A DNA stretch of 55,777 nt from Parcubacteria group bacterium. GTDB taxonomy: Bacteria; Patescibacteriota; Minisyncoccia; Phycocordibacterales; CALRBT01. The notes under the pieces were generated by a model. It did not search any database and was not told the DNA's origin. It worked only from the letters and a program-made list of their open reading frames with translations. The first letter of the stretch is position 1, and each line of letters starts with the position of its first letter. The position numbers and the translations under genes were made by a program. Positions 1 through 11,065 of the stretch are shown here, one piece after another. The DNA lies in NCBI GenBank assembly GCA_943354475.1, contig CALRBT010000005.1, forward strand, positions 1-55,777, read 5' to 3'.

Positions 1-507
1 ACCCCCTATCCAACACAAAGACCTTATTTCTTCTTGGTCTTTTGTTAAAAGAGAATATTTACGACCTAAACAGGACTTCTTCCCTATTTCAAAGGGATGC
101 CGGTTGTCTACGGTGAACAAAAAGACTATAACACCTAGAGACCATCGAAGTCAAACTTTCAATTAAGTCACTGTGTGGTAGTTTACTTTGGCTATTTTAC
201 AAAAAAACTGAAGACAAAAGCGGCCACTGACCCAACAGATCCAGTATTAGTTTCATCATAATATGAGTAAGCGCTCACGGAAACAACAAGAACGAAACTT
301 ATCAGTATGATTGCGACAAATCCTACAAGAAAACTGAAGAAAGATTTATTGAATAATTTAAACATAATTCCGTTTTCTTAGAAGTTTACAAAAAATTAGT
401 TAAAGTTTAAGTTTACAGACGATATAGTAAAACCTTATAGAGATATTGTAATACAGTATGCTGTGAAAAGCGATTAGGGCGATCTCGAGGACATCCTTAT
501 AAAAACA

Positions 508-543
508 CAAAAACCCCAATCTCTTTCGAGATTGGGGTTTTTG
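508..543. terminator. Intrinsic (likely bidirectional) terminator downstream of the large surface-protein gene
   Basis: Perfect inverted repeat caaaaaccccaatctc-tttc-gagattggggtttttg with A/T tails. Confidence 0.85.
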
Positions 544-586
544 CTAACCCTCCCTTAGCCTAAGCTAGTGGAGCACAAGTGGTCTA

Positions 587-3500
587 TTAGATGGTGACAG
601 AAAGGGTCTGAGAATCCGTTGGGAGTTCTTTTACCTTGTAGTCATTCAACCAGTCAGCTGTAGTTTCGCTATGGCTGTTAGCTGAACGATCTGACCATAC
701 AAATGAAGGTGTTTGTGTTCCTGCGGCACCAGCAATTACAGAATAGATATCTGGAGTTGCGATACTTGATGTAGGAGCTGCAACACTGACGCTTAGGTAG
801 GTAAGACCTGACCATGTTCCGCCAATAGTGCTCTTCAAGCTGTATGTCTCTGATGAAGAAACTTGCTGTTCAGAATCAGCTACGAAGCTAATGGTTCCAC
901 TCGTTAGAGTAGTTCCGAGAGCGTCGAGGCCTCCAGCCACAGAAGCTGTTGAAGTAGCGAATGTACCAGAAATCACGTTGTTATTGCTATCAACCAATTG
1001 CATAGTACTTGTCGCACCAACAGTAACTGCTGCTGTCTTTGTGATTGTGAACACTATTTTCTTCCATCCAATCTGGTTAGCGGCGTCGGCATCAACTTTA
1101 ACCTTCGCAAGAACCTTTCCAGATCCAGGTGAAAGAATGCTAGATGCCTGAGCAACCATGTTTACGGTAGGCTTACTCTTGACTACGTACATGTTGCTTG
1201 CTGCTTGGTCTGTGGCATATTCTGCCTCAGTTCCACCAGTCCATGGCTGATACTTGAAGCCTTCGAGTGTTACCTTAACATTTGCTGTTGAGGTAGCTGA
1301 ACCAGAAGAAACGGTGTTGAGGTCAAGATAGACATCAACCAATGCTCCTGCTGAATCGTTTGAAGGAATCTTCAAAGCTAGGCCTGTTGTAGTACCGGTA
1401 AATACTGAGTTGAAGGAACTAATTGTTCCAATTTCTGTACTACCATTCTTAAGTACTGCTCGTACGATGGCACCTGAAGAGTTTGCGTTCGTTACCTTAA
1501 GTGCAATATCAGTAACTTTGAAGTCCTGATTAACTGCAGTAAGTCTAAATGAAGCAACTTTCTTTCCTGTGTTTCCACCAACAAGTAATGTTGTTGCTAC
1601 TGATGAATCAGTAAGCGCGGTAGCTGCAACGCTTCCGGCAGCAGCGGTGATTGTCTGGCCTACAACTGCACCTGTTGATACAGATGAGTTACTTGCTGAC
1701 GTACCAGCGACTGTTAGAGAAGGAATTGTTGTGCTTCCAGTAAGGAAGGTTGAACTAAGTGTTCCGTACACTTCAAATGCCATAGTTGCACCTGCAGCCA
1801 AAGGCTCGCTGATGTTCCATGATTGTGAAGATGCACCTGTTGCTTTTACACTGGTTGTCTTTGTGCCGTATTTGACATAAAGATCAGTTGTAGAAGCAGC
1901 TACAGAATCTCCTCCAAGAGCGAGGGTGATTGTGTTGAGATTTACAGACTCAGCTGAGTTTGCAGTTACTCGGAAATCACCAATCTTGTAGGCGGTCTGA
2001 GGAACAACAACTGACTGACTACCGTATGCGCTGTACTTAGAACCAGTAACTGCTCCGACTGAAACTGTTCGAGTATTACCTGAAACAGCTGAGTTTGAGA
2101 AGTAAGTAAGGGCACTTGTTCGTTGTAAGTTACTTGATCCAGCAACGATTGTTGCGGTGATAGTATCACCAGAAACAATTGTGTGCTGAGTTACATCGTT
2201 GTCGTAGATATCAGCTTTTACTTCCAAAGTAACAGGTGTTCCTGGAGTTACTTTCAAAGCAGAACCTAGACTAAATGCAGTTCCGGCAATGGCACCAGAA
2301 ATGTTCTGGGTACTACCAACCTGTACTCCATTAGCAAAGAGTGTTCCGTTTCGGAGACTTACTGTCTGTCCTGCGACAGTTGTTTTTACAGTAAGAGTCT
2401 CTACCTTGATAGCTTCACCAGCTGCCTTAAGCTCAAATGTAGCAAGAACTACGTTTGAAGCATCAGGATTGATGTTACCTGAAGGTGAATCGGTCTTCTT
2501 TGTAATTGTAAGGGTTCCTGCGCTAATTGTCTGAACTCCTGATGTTTGTGCAGAGAATGTTCCGGCAGTTATCGTAGATAGAATTGGCTGTTTAAGTTCA
2601 CTATCAACAAGCATCACATCTGAAGCCTGTCGTAGAGAGAAGCTAAATGTTCGGGTAGAACCACCAACAATGTCAGCCATAAGCTTAATTGTTCGTGAAC
2701 CTGTAGCTAATCGTACCGGACTTGCGCTGAGATCGAATGATACGTATCCATTTGAATCAAGTGAAGCAACAGTGTTTCCAACCTTTACGCTATCGATAAA
2801 TAGCTCAAAGTTTTGAAGATCACTTGTTGTAACTGATCCAATTTGTCGGAAAGTAATGTTCTTAAGATCAAGAGCTCGTGTTCCCACGCTCAATTGTTCC
2901 TCCCATACTTTATAATCATCCTGAGGGTCAACATCCGCTGTTGTAGGAGCAAGTCCTGCAGTAACGAATACACCCGTAGCAAGTGTTGCAGCTGCAACAG
3001 ATTGAGTTCCTCCCATTATTGGGAATGTTCCTGATGCAGGAACACTTGACTCAACTGAAGTAAGCTGTACTCCAACAATCTGTCCAGCAGTTGAATCGAG
3101 GATGTCAGCTTTTACTGAAATCACAACAGAAGCTCCTGCAGGAACCATGAAGAGTCCTGATGGGTCATTGAAAGTAATAACTCCACTTGAAACTGTTGCA
3201 GAGTCAGCTGCTCGCTTTGAACCATTGAACAAGTTCACATTAACAAGTACTGAATCGTTTGAGATTCCAATTCGATTCAAGACAACTTTCGTTACCTTAG
3301 CCTCGGCACTTGTAGTGTTTGTGAAGGTGAAGTGTGCCAAGTCAGCAAGAGCTTGTCCTTGGATGATTGCACCGTTTGAAGGTGAATCAGGTGAAAGTGA
3401 AACCATAACTGTTGTTCCTGTTGGAACTACAGTTGTAGTACAAGGCTTTCCAGTAGTTGAGCTGTATGCAGCTCCTCCTGTACAACCTGTATCAACTACA

Positions 3501-3964
3501 GGTGTAACAACTACTACTCCGCCCATGGTGTTAAGCTTTGCTCTGGTAACTGGACCAACATAGCCCGCTACTGGAGAAATTCCGTGCTTTGACTGAAATT
3601 TCATAACAGCGGCCTTTGTGGCAGGACCAAAGTAACTTGTTTCATTACCAGGTGAGCCTGCTCCTGTTGAAGCAACCTTTGTATCAGCACTCATATTGAG
3701 TACTTTCTGAAGGTTCATTACATCAACCCCGGTTGAACCGACTGTAAGGTTCTTAGAGAAAGTGTAACTACTTGTTGAAGTCGTTGATGATGACCCCTGA
3801 AGCGCAGCTAGCTGCGTAGTCAGTTGTGCAATCTGTGCTTGTAGGTCAGATAACGCGTCAGCATGCGCAGGGGCCACTGAGGCTCCGAGAAACATGCTCA
3901 CTGCGAAAACAATTCCTACAAAACCAGCAACTACCTTCGTAGTGTTTGATTTTAATAACAACAT
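587..3964 (-). CDS. Large secreted surface/S-layer-like protein with N-terminal peptidoglycan-binding-like domain
   Basis: Signal peptide (..VAPAHA|D), short coiled coil, PG_binding_1-like segment (LTVGSTGVDVMNLQKVLN..YFGPATKAAVMKFQSKHGI..GYVGPVTRAKLN), then Ser/Thr/Val-rich beta repeats; start trimmed to ATG 3964 (MLLLKS). Confidence 0.8.
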   Translation of the reverse strand: MLLLKSNTTKVVAGFVGIVFAVSMFLGASVAPAHADALSDLQAQIAQLTTQLAALQGSSSTTSTSSYTFSKNLTVGSTGVDVMNLQKVLNMSADTKVASTGAGSPGNETSYFGPATKAAVMKFQSKHGISPVAGYVGPVTRAKLNTMGGVVVVTPVVDTGCTGGAAYSSTTGKPCTTTVVPTGTTVMVSLSPDSPSNGAIIQGQALADLAHFTFTNTTSAEAKVTKVVLNRIGISNDSVLVNVNLFNGSKRAADSATVSSGVITFNDPSGLFMVPAGASVVISVKADILDSTAGQIVGVQLTSVESSVPASGTFPIMGGTQSVAAATLATGVFVTAGLAPTTADVDPQDDYKVWEEQLSVGTRALDLKNITFRQIGSVTTSDLQNFELFIDSVKVGNTVASLDSNGYVSFDLSASPVRLATGSRTIKLMADIVGGSTRTFSFSLRQASDVMLVDSELKQPILSTITAGTFSAQTSGVQTISAGTLTITKKTDSPSGNINPDASNVVLATFELKAAGEAIKVETLTVKTTVAGQTVSLRNGTLFANGVQVGSTQNISGAIAGTAFSLGSALKVTPGTPVTLEVKADIYDNDVTQHTIVSGDTITATIVAGSSNLQRTSALTYFSNSAVSGNTRTVSVGAVTGSKYSAYGSQSVVVPQTAYKIGDFRVTANSAESVNLNTITLALGGDSVAASTTDLYVKYGTKTTSVKATGASSQSWNISEPLAAGATMAFEVYGTLSSTFLTGSTTIPSLTVAGTSASNSSVSTGAVVGQTITAAAGSVAATALTDSSVATTLLVGGNTGKKVASFRLTAVNQDFKVTDIALKVTNANSSGAIVRAVLKNGSTEIGTISSFNSVFTGTTTGLALKIPSNDSAGALVDVYLDLNTVSSGSATSTANVKVTLEGFKYQPWTGGTEAEYATDQAASNMYVVKSKPTVNMVAQASSILSPGSGKVLAKVKVDADAANQIGWKKIVFTITKTAAVTVGATSTMQLVDSNNNVISGTFATSTASVAGGLDALGTTLTSGTISFVADSEQQVSSSETYSLKSTIGGTWSGLTYLSVSVAAPTSSIATPDIYSVIAGAAGTQTPSFVWSDRSANSHSETTADWLNDYKVKELPTDSQTLSVTI

Positions 3965-4685
3965 AATTTGTTTTCTTTTTATAATTTGTCTTTCAAGTCC
4001 TCCCCTCTTTTTAAAGATGAGTTGGACCAAAAAACGGGAACTTGAAGTTATTATTTTTCGACTAAAAAAATAATAGTACCTCAAGGATAAACTACTAACA
4101 TGAAACAAAACATGATTCTTTTCTGTTTCAGATATTAAGAGACCATGCTTTGCATCCTCATACTATTCTTTATCACTCCTTATGATTTTCGACACAGGGT
4201 AATAAAGATAGTGGACAATGTTTTAGGGAAATTCTTTCATTAAACTTACCGCAACAGAAAAAGGAATGCTGAAATTTCCGCCTTAAATTCATTAAGCCGA
4301 AAATATTTTTTGGTGATCGTTTTAAGATCATTAAAGAAACTTTTTTCTATTCAATTTTCAAAGATCTTTCGTTCTTTTTCTCGTGTAGAGATTACTACAC
4401 TTTTCAGTCTCTCTGTCGATTTACAGTTACTTTAAATGTACATCGTTTTACGTACATTTATAATCTGTAAAGTAGATTATAGTATTTCGAAGAGAGGCCT
4501 GCAAAAAATAAATTGTGGATAACTAAAATAAGGGTTTTTTGGAACCTCTCATAGAGCACATCCACAAACCAAAAGTAACCTTTTTGGACAAAAAAGTCAA
4601 CTAAATCCACCCTCAGTAATAATATGGAAAAGTAGCAGGAAAAAGGTCGTTTGGGTCTTGAATTTTGAATGGTCTAAATATCTAT

Positions 4686-5531
4686 CTATTTATCTGTACG
4701 GAGCGAATATCGACTCCATCTACGCTCCCCTTCTTTCTTTAGGACATTCTCATCAACCATTGCTAAAAGCTCCCGTTGGAGCGTCTTCTCACTACAGTCC
4801 TTTATAAAGACTGATATGTCCTTTATAGAAACCTCCCCACTTTTTTGAATAGCGCTTATTATAAGATTTCTTCTATTTTTTTTATTAACTCCGCCAGAAG
4901 ATTCACCTCCAGTGAAAGTGGCTTTTTTCTCATTCCCAGCCCCTGATATATGTCCTTTATAAGAAATGTCTTTTATGCCACGGAGAGGTTTCTTGTCGCC
5001 AAGTACCTTATAGTAACTTCCCTTATCGTCGTTACTCCTGTTTATTAACTCCGAAAAAATTGAGTTTTGATTTAACTTATTAAGGAAAAAACCCTCGTCA
5101 AAATACTGACTTTTTTGTACTGAATCTGGCTTAGGAACAAGATCGAGTAGGGCTTCTATTTCAACCAAGAGAACCTTTTGGTTCATTGGTGAAAGCATCC
5201 CCGCAACAGAAAGAATTTCTAGTAGAGATTTTATATCAACAAATACCTTATTTAGTTCTAGAAGAAGTGTTTTTTGCTTTTCTGTAATTAGACTAAAGGA
5301 CAGCATCCCTGAGGTTCTTACAAGATCAATGGATAACGATCTGATACGCCATTTAACTGGTTCTTGTGAGTCGAATAAATTGGATACTAAGTGTATGGCA
5401 GCTGCTATTCTTTCTGTTTTTTTTAGAAAAAAATCTAGAAGATCCTGGTTTCCAAAAAAACCTTGTGTATCAAGGTTATTCCACGCCTTATCAATTAAAT
5501 TGTCCTTTATATTTCCAGCTTCCTCTTTCAT
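4686..5531 (-). CDS. Conserved hypothetical protein: N-terminal helical bundle plus C-terminal DeoR-like winged HTH
   Basis: C-terminus SIKDIS..CSEKTLQRELLAMVDENVLKKEGERRWSRY resembles a DeoR-type wHTH. Confidence 0.65.
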   Translation of the reverse strand: MKEEAGNIKDNLIDKAWNNLDTQGFFGNQDLLDFFLKKTERIAAAIHLVSNLFDSQEPVKWRIRSLSIDLVRTSGMLSFSLITEKQKTLLLELNKVFVDIKSLLEILSVAGMLSPMNQKVLLVEIEALLDLVPKPDSVQKSQYFDEGFFLNKLNQNSIFSELINRSNDDKGSYYKVLGDKKPLRGIKDISYKGHISGAGNEKKATFTGGESSGGVNKKNRRNLIISAIQKSGEVSIKDISVFIKDCSEKTLQRELLAMVDENVLKKEGERRWSRYSLRTDK

Positions 5532-5600
5532 TGTCTTTTATATTATATGTTGTGTCTTTTACTGAATTTTTATCAAATTTTGTCCATTATATAAAGGACT
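4796..5600. repeat. Clustered short motif TGTC(C/T)TTTAT(A), about 9 copies in and upstream of the wHTH gene
   Basis: Copies or near-copies at 4796, 4817, 4951, 4967, 5501, 5532, 5553, 5581 and inverted at 5590-5600. Confidence 0.6.
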
Positions 5601-5880
5601 TGCTTTAAGGTAAAGCTCTTCTATATTGGTCAGCCGTGAATACCTTGTCAGCGTGGCTAGCGAGGAATAGGCATAAAACCTGTTTTATTATCGGCGACTT
5701 TTCAAGCTTATCGCCCTTTTTTTGTTATCTATCAACACATTCACCTGATAGATTACGATAATTTTCTAAATCAAATCAATGACGTTGTTTTAGTACATAG
5801 CTACTTTAAAAACTTCTCAGCAACAATAAGGATATCTGCAGTATTCTATGTTAAAATGAATCTGAAATTTTTAAACAAAT

Positions 5881-8175
5881 ATGGCCAAAAAAGATTCTGA
5901 GGACTCAAAAGAGAAGGGTGATAAAAAAAAGAAATCCGCCAAAGAACCTGAGAGTAGTTTCTTAGGGAAATTACCCGAGAAAACTTTGCGTGGAGTTTTT
6001 GCGGTGCTCTTGTTCATCGTTGCGACATTCTTCATACTCTCTCCTTTTGGAATAGCAGGGCCTGCCGGAAATAAGTTATTCGAGCTCGTCACACTACTTC
6101 TGGGTTACGGTTACTATCTTCTACCGATCCTTAGTCTCATGCTCGCAGTTTCATTTTTACAGGAAAAGGAGCGGCACTTTGCTATAGTAAAAACGATTGG
6201 ATCAATTTTATTTTTCCTATCAGGGATTGGTATCATCACCTTAGCATTACCTGAACACGGAGGAATTGTTGGAGGAATTATCACCTCTCCTCTTATTGCA
6301 CTTTTTGACATCTACATACCATGGATCATATTGACCGGACTCCTTACTATTTCTTTCCTTGTTATGTTTGAAGCAGAACTAAAAATCGGAAACATCCTCT
6401 TCCCTATCCGCCTATACAAGCAATGGAAGGAACGTAAGAATGCTCTAAATACAGTACCAGTTATTGGAAACCCTTCTCAAACACTAACCACTCAGGAGGA
6501 GAAGAAAATGGATGAAAAAATAGAAGAGAGCGAGATCGCTTCAAAAGCCAAGGGGGATGGCGCAAAGGATTCTGGAGACAGGAGATCAGAAAAAGAAGTG
6601 GCGAAAGGAGGTGAAGCTGACGCAGGATTTTTAACCAACTTTGTTAGCTCTACCCCGTTTACCCCACCACCCCTATCTTTACTTGAGGGTGATCGTGGCA
6701 AGCCAGGAGTTGGCGATATCAAGGCAAATGCTAATCTCATTAAAAGAACATTTCAAAACTTTGGAATTGACGTTGAGATGGATGAGATCTCAATAGGTCC
6801 ATCAATTACCAGGTATTCATTGAAACCTGCTGAAGGAGTCAAGCTTTCCCGAATCGTTGCCCTTCAGAGCAACCTTGAGCTAGCCTTAGCTGCGCACCCC
6901 ATCCGTATCGAAGCCCCTATTCCAGGTAAATCATTGGTGGGTATTGAAATTCCCAATACCACCAAAACGACAGTTGGACTCGGCACACTACTTTCAAGTG
7001 AGGAGTACCAGAACTCACCGAAACCACTTCTTGTTTCTCTTGGTAAAGGAATTTCTGGAAAATCTTATTTTGCCGACATTGCAAAGATGCCACATCTCCT
7101 CATTGCAGGAGCAACAGGTTCTGGAAAATCAGTCACCGTACATGCAATTGTAAACTCTCTCCTCTATCGAAACTCACCGGAACAACTTCGCCTCATCATG
7201 ATTGACCCAAAACGTGTAGAGCTTACCCTCTATAATAAAATTCCGCACCTCTTAACTCCTGTTATTACCGATGCAAAAAAGACTATTATGGCCTTGAAAT
7301 GGGCAGCAAAAGAAATGGACCGACGATACAATATCCTTGAAGCTGAAGCTGTCCGGGATATCGACTCGTACCACAAAAACGTTGTTGTCCCTGCCTACAA
7401 TAAATCAAAGAAAGAACCTGGCAACGACGGCGCCCCCGCAACACTGCCAGAAGCAATGCCTTACATCGTGATCATTATCGATGAACTAGCGGATATTATG
7501 CAAGCGTACCCAAGAGAGCTCGAGAGTTCAATTGTTCGACTAGCTCAAATGAGTCGCGCAGTTGGAATTCACCTCATTCTATCAACACAGAGACCATCAG
7601 TTAATGTCATTACAGGTCTTATCAAAGCAAACGTGCCATCGAGAATTGCTCTCCAGGTTGCTTCCCAAATTGATTCCAGAACCATTCTCGATACTAGTGG
7701 GGCTGAGAAACTTCTTGGTGCTGGAGATATGCTCTATCTTTCAGGAGACATGTCTAAACCACAACGTATCCAGTCGGCATTTATTACAGAAACCGAGACC
7801 AAAAATGTGGTAAAATTCCTTGTTGACGCATACAAAGATGAGATTCCTCAAACAATTGAATTTGCTCAGAATAACGGAATTGAGATTGAAAAGAATAGCA
7901 TTTTCGACGCAATGGATAGCAGTGATGGAGACATGGATGAAGACGACCTTTACGAAGAAGCGCGGCAAATTGTTGTTGATTCAGGAATTGCTGCAACTTC
8001 ATACTTACAAAGAAAGCTTCGTGTTGGGTATGCCAGAGCAGCGAGACTTATGGATATTCTTGAAGAACGCGGCGTTATTGGACCAGCTGACGGTTCGAAA
8101 CGACGTGAAGTAATTGGTGCAAAACCAAAAGAGGATCCCCAGGAAGAGCTCTCTGGCACAGCCCCTACGTTTTAA
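5881..8175 (+). CDS. ftsK: DNA translocase FtsK/SpoIIIE
   Basis: N-terminal TM helices, Walker A GATGSGKS, IIIDELAD, STQRPS, C-terminal gamma domain LQRKLRVGYARAARLMD. Confidence 0.97.
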   Translation: MAKKDSEDSKEKGDKKKKSAKEPESSFLGKLPEKTLRGVFAVLLFIVATFFILSPFGIAGPAGNKLFELVTLLLGYGYYLLPILSLMLAVSFLQEKERHFAIVKTIGSILFFLSGIGIITLALPEHGGIVGGIITSPLIALFDIYIPWIILTGLLTISFLVMFEAELKIGNILFPIRLYKQWKERKNALNTVPVIGNPSQTLTTQEEKKMDEKIEESEIASKAKGDGAKDSGDRRSEKEVAKGGEADAGFLTNFVSSTPFTPPPLSLLEGDRGKPGVGDIKANANLIKRTFQNFGIDVEMDEISIGPSITRYSLKPAEGVKLSRIVALQSNLELALAAHPIRIEAPIPGKSLVGIEIPNTTKTTVGLGTLLSSEEYQNSPKPLLVSLGKGISGKSYFADIAKMPHLLIAGATGSGKSVTVHAIVNSLLYRNSPEQLRLIMIDPKRVELTLYNKIPHLLTPVITDAKKTIMALKWAAKEMDRRYNILEAEAVRDIDSYHKNVVVPAYNKSKKEPGNDGAPATLPEAMPYIVIIIDELADIMQAYPRELESSIVRLAQMSRAVGIHLILSTQRPSVNVITGLIKANVPSRIALQVASQIDSRTILDTSGAEKLLGAGDMLYLSGDMSKPQRIQSAFITETETKNVVKFLVDAYKDEIPQTIEFAQNNGIEIEKNSIFDAMDSSDGDMDEDDLYEEARQIVVDSGIAATSYLQRKLRVGYARAARLMDILEERGVIGPADGSKRREVIGAKPKEDPQEELSGTAPTF

Positions 8176-8211
8176 AACAAGAGTGCGCTACAATACAAGA
8201 ATAAAATCTAC

Positions 8212-8643
8212 ATGACATCCGACATAAAACACTACATTACCTATATTTCACTTATTGTAATTTTCTTAACCATCGGAGGATATACATTGTTTCAATTTCG
8301 CCACATCATCGATGGTCCAAGTATTAGTATCAACAATCAAAAAGGTAGCCTTGTACACAGCGCAGTCTTCCCTCTTGAGGGGGAGGTACGTAATGTAAAA
8401 GAGATGCAAATTGATGGACGACACGCCTTCACTGATGAATCTGGTAAGTTTTATGACATTATACTCCTCTCAGAGGGTTACAACGTCATCACATTAATTG
8501 GTAAAGACAAATTCAACCGAAAAGTTGAGCAGAGAGTTGAGATCGTTTATAAAAAACCGGAATCTGAAACAGCAACCGCCACGAGCACCAAAAAGGTTGC
8601 GGCAACAAACAATAAAGCTGTCGAAAAAATGATAAATTATTAA
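8212..8643 (+). CDS. Membrane-anchored hypothetical protein with Ig-like domain
   Basis: N-terminal TM helix, then LSEGYNVITLIGKDKFNR-type beta motif; lies between ftsK and recA. Confidence 0.65.
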   Translation: MTSDIKHYITYISLIVIFLTIGGYTLFQFRHIIDGPSISINNQKGSLVHSAVFPLEGEVRNVKEMQIDGRHAFTDESGKFYDIILLSEGYNVITLIGKDKFNRKVEQRVEIVYKKPESETATATSTKKVAATNNKAVEKMINY

Positions 8644-8658
8644 GATAACAACTACAGT

Positions 8659-9747
8659 ATGCAAAAAGGGAAAAAGGTGGAGAAAGAAAAGAAAGTGATA
8701 GGTGAGAAAGGAAGCAAGGAGGATAACAAGGCTGGTATTGAAGATACGCTACGGGCAATTCGAACAAAATTTGGGGAAGACTCCATCATGAAGCTTGGCG
8801 ATCAACCGAAGGTTGATATCAACGCAATCTCTACTGGATCAATTAGTCTAGACATGGCACTTGGTGTTGGTGGGCTCCCCCGTGGACGTATTGTTGAAAT
8901 ATTTGGACCAGAGTCTTCCGGCAAGACGACGTTAACCCTACATGTGATTGCAGAGGCTCAAAAAGCTGGTGGTATTGCGGCCTTTGTTGATGCTGAGCAT
9001 GCAATGGATCCTGAATACGCTAAGAAGCTTGGAGTAAACATTAATGAACTACTCATTTCTCAACCAGACACTGGTGAACAGGCTCTCGAGATTGTTGAAA
9101 GTCTTGTGCGCTCAGGAAAGATTGATGTTGTAGTCATCGACTCAGTGGCGGCACTTACCCCGAAGGATGAAATCGAGGGTGACATGGGGGCATATCATGT
9201 TGGAAAACAAGCGCGTCTAATGTCACAAGCCCTTCGAAAACTCACTGCCATTGTTGCTAAAAGCAAGACCATTGTGGTATTTATCAACCAAATCAGAATG
9301 CAGATTGGGGTGATGTTTGGAAACCCCGAGACAACACCAGGTGGTAAAGCATTAAAATTTTATACCTCCGTTCGTATCGATATTAGAAAAATCGCCCAAA
9401 TTAAAAAAGGAGAAGAGGTTATCGGCTTTAGAACAAGGGCAAAGGTGGTTAAGAACAAGGTTGCGGCACCTTTTAGAGCAGGTGAGTTTGACCTGATGTA
9501 CAATGAAGGAATTTCGAGAGAAGCAGAGCTTATCACCTTGGGTGAGAAAACAGGAGTAGTTACAAAAAGTGGTTCCTCGTATGCTTATGGAGACATTAAA
9601 ATGGGACGTGGCTATGATTCGACTCGCCTATTCCTACGAGAAAACAAGAGGGTTGCAAATGAAATTGAAAAAGTAATTAGAAAGAAAATTGAAGCAGGAG
9701 TTGTCTCTCTTGAGAGCAAGGGATCTGGAGATGATGCAGGAGAGTAA
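8659..9747 (+). CDS. recA: Recombinase RecA
   Basis: [41 protein letters not shown]. Confidence 0.99.
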   Translation: MQKGKKVEKEKKVIGEKGSKEDNKAGIEDTLRAIRTKFGEDSIMKLGDQPKVDINAISTGSISLDMALGVGGLPRGRIVEIFGPESSGKTTLTLHVIAEAQKAGGIAAFVDAEHAMDPEYAKKLGVNINELLISQPDTGEQALEIVESLVRSGKIDVVVIDSVAALTPKDEIEGDMGAYHVGKQARLMSQALRKLTAIVAKSKTIVVFINQIRMQIGVMFGNPETTPGGKALKFYTSVRIDIRKIAQIKKGEEVIGFRTRAKVVKNKVAAPFRAGEFDLMYNEGISREAELITLGEKTGVVTKSGSSYAYGDIKMGRGYDSTRLFLRENKRVANEIEKVIRKKIEAGVVSLESKGSGDDAGE

Positions 9748-9765
9748 TTTCGATACATCAAAGTT

Positions 9766-9805
9766 ACAAACACCCGGGTTTGCGAAAGCAAACCCGGGTG
9801 TTTGT
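9766..9805. terminator. Bidirectional terminator between convergent recA and the ECF sigma operon
   Basis: Perfect hairpin acaaacacccgggtttgc-gaaa-gcaaacccgggtgtttgt. Confidence 0.9.
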
Positions 9806-9831
9806 TTATACACTTACTCCCAAAAGAATCT

Positions 9832-10164
9832 TTAAAGGTTTTGTCCACTAAGTGTGGTTGTCCCAGCTACTATTTTTCTCATAACATCTCTCAAGAGCCA
9901 TAACGCAAGGAGCGCTAGACTTCCTATGAGGACCTTGACTCCGAGCTCGGTATTACTGAAAGCTGCGATATTAAATTGGTACCATGCACCAAAGTCGGTA
10001 ACGGTTGGCATGTTAGCTATTACATGCGAAATGGAGACTGAAGTTGAGAGTATGATAGTAAAAATAGCGGCGACATAAAGCTTGAGTGTCACTGGATTAA
10101 CTAGGGTATGCCAAATGTACACTGCATATACACGGCGCATGATTCTTTTGTTTAGTTGAGACAT
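9832..10164 (-). CDS. Small two-TM membrane protein, possible anti-sigma or partner of the ECF sigma
   Basis: Two hydrophobic segments; directly downstream of the ECF sigma gene. Confidence 0.6.
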   Translation of the reverse strand: MSQLNKRIMRRVYAVYIWHTLVNPVTLKLYVAAIFTIILSTSVSISHVIANMPTVTDFGAWYQFNIAAFSNTELGVKVLIGSLALLALWLLRDVMRKIVAGTTTLSGQNL

Positions 10165-10217
10165 GTATATTTTTGTTTAATTTTATTTTTGTTAAAACGT
10201 TAAAACAGTGGGTTTAT

Positions 10218-10805
10218 TTAAAATGGGCTGCTCGCCTTACGAAAGGCTTCCTTGCCTCTATGCACCCTTGTCTTTACTGCAGCGATTGTAATCCCCTCTT
10301 CATCGGCTATCTCTTTTTGACTGAGACCATCGATAAAGTGTCGTCTAAGCATACGCGCAAGATCGGTTGGAACTTTGGAAAGAATCCTAATGACGTAATC
10401 ACTTATCTCCTTTTCAGGCAACCCTTCAACTTTGGCGTCACGTAAAACATCTTCGAGTTCATCACTTAACGGGACTGTTGCAGCCTTATCTTTCTTTCGC
10501 TTTTGATAAAGAGTAATGGATGTATTAATGAGGATACGATATCCCCAGGATTTGAAACTAGCTCCCTCTACGGCTTGAAAACGTGGGGCGTAGTAATAAA
10601 TTTTAGTGAAAGTCTCTTGAACGACATCTTCAGCGTCTTCCTGATTGCGAAGAACACTAAGCGCCTTTCGAATAAACGCGTCCTCGTAACGGGTGATAAG
10701 AATGGAAAATAAGCTTGGATTCTTAATAGAGAGTGCCAAAATTTCTTCATCTTTTCGCTCGTCGAGCGTTATTTCCTTTTCTGTTTCTTCTAAAAATGAG
10801 CTCAT
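10218..10805 (-). CDS. ECF-type RNA polymerase sigma-70 family factor
   Basis: Region 2 DAEDVVQETFTKIY..FKSWGYRILIN; region 4 GLSQKEIADEEGITIAAVKTRVHRG. Confidence 0.92.
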   Translation of the reverse strand: MSSFLEETEKEITLDERKDEEILALSIKNPSLFSILITRYEDAFIRKALSVLRNQEDAEDVVQETFTKIYYYAPRFQAVEGASFKSWGYRILINTSITLYQKRKKDKAATVPLSDELEDVLRDAKVEGLPEKEISDYVIRILSKVPTDLARMLRRHFIDGLSQKEIADEEGITIAAVKTRVHRGKEAFRKASSPF

Positions 10806-11065
10806 AATGCCAGCTTACCTTAGAGTACCCAAGCGAGCAACGCTTGTAACATTAGAGTGGAGAGATTGTCGGCTTGATGACAAAAATTTGTATATCAATC
10901 GACAACCTCTCAGTTTGGCTAATAATTGTTTCGACCTTCTCTATTGGTAATAACGTCCTCGGGGCTAAAAAAGTTTCAGTCGCTCATGTGTCAAAAATCC
11001 AGAACTTCACATATTCCTTAAGTTACGTTAGAATAACCCTCGTTACTCACTTTTATACTGAATAT

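Noticed and set aside
1-480. Coding or RNA feature at the window start
   Set aside because: Only short frames with no recognisable motif
828-3563. Antisense ORFs within the surface-protein gene and other long CDSs
   Set aside because: Shadow frames caused by codon bias of the real genes on the opposite strand
3965-4108. N-terminal extension of the surface protein (similarly efp, rpsF, glyA, DUF475, FAD oxidoreductase, PilN-like)
   Set aside because: Family-like sequence or the signal peptide begins at downstream ATGs; the extensions are longest-ORF artefacts
4200-4680. Replication origin
   Set aside because: Only one perfect DnaA box (4514-4522) and no dnaA or dnaN nearby; insufficient evidence
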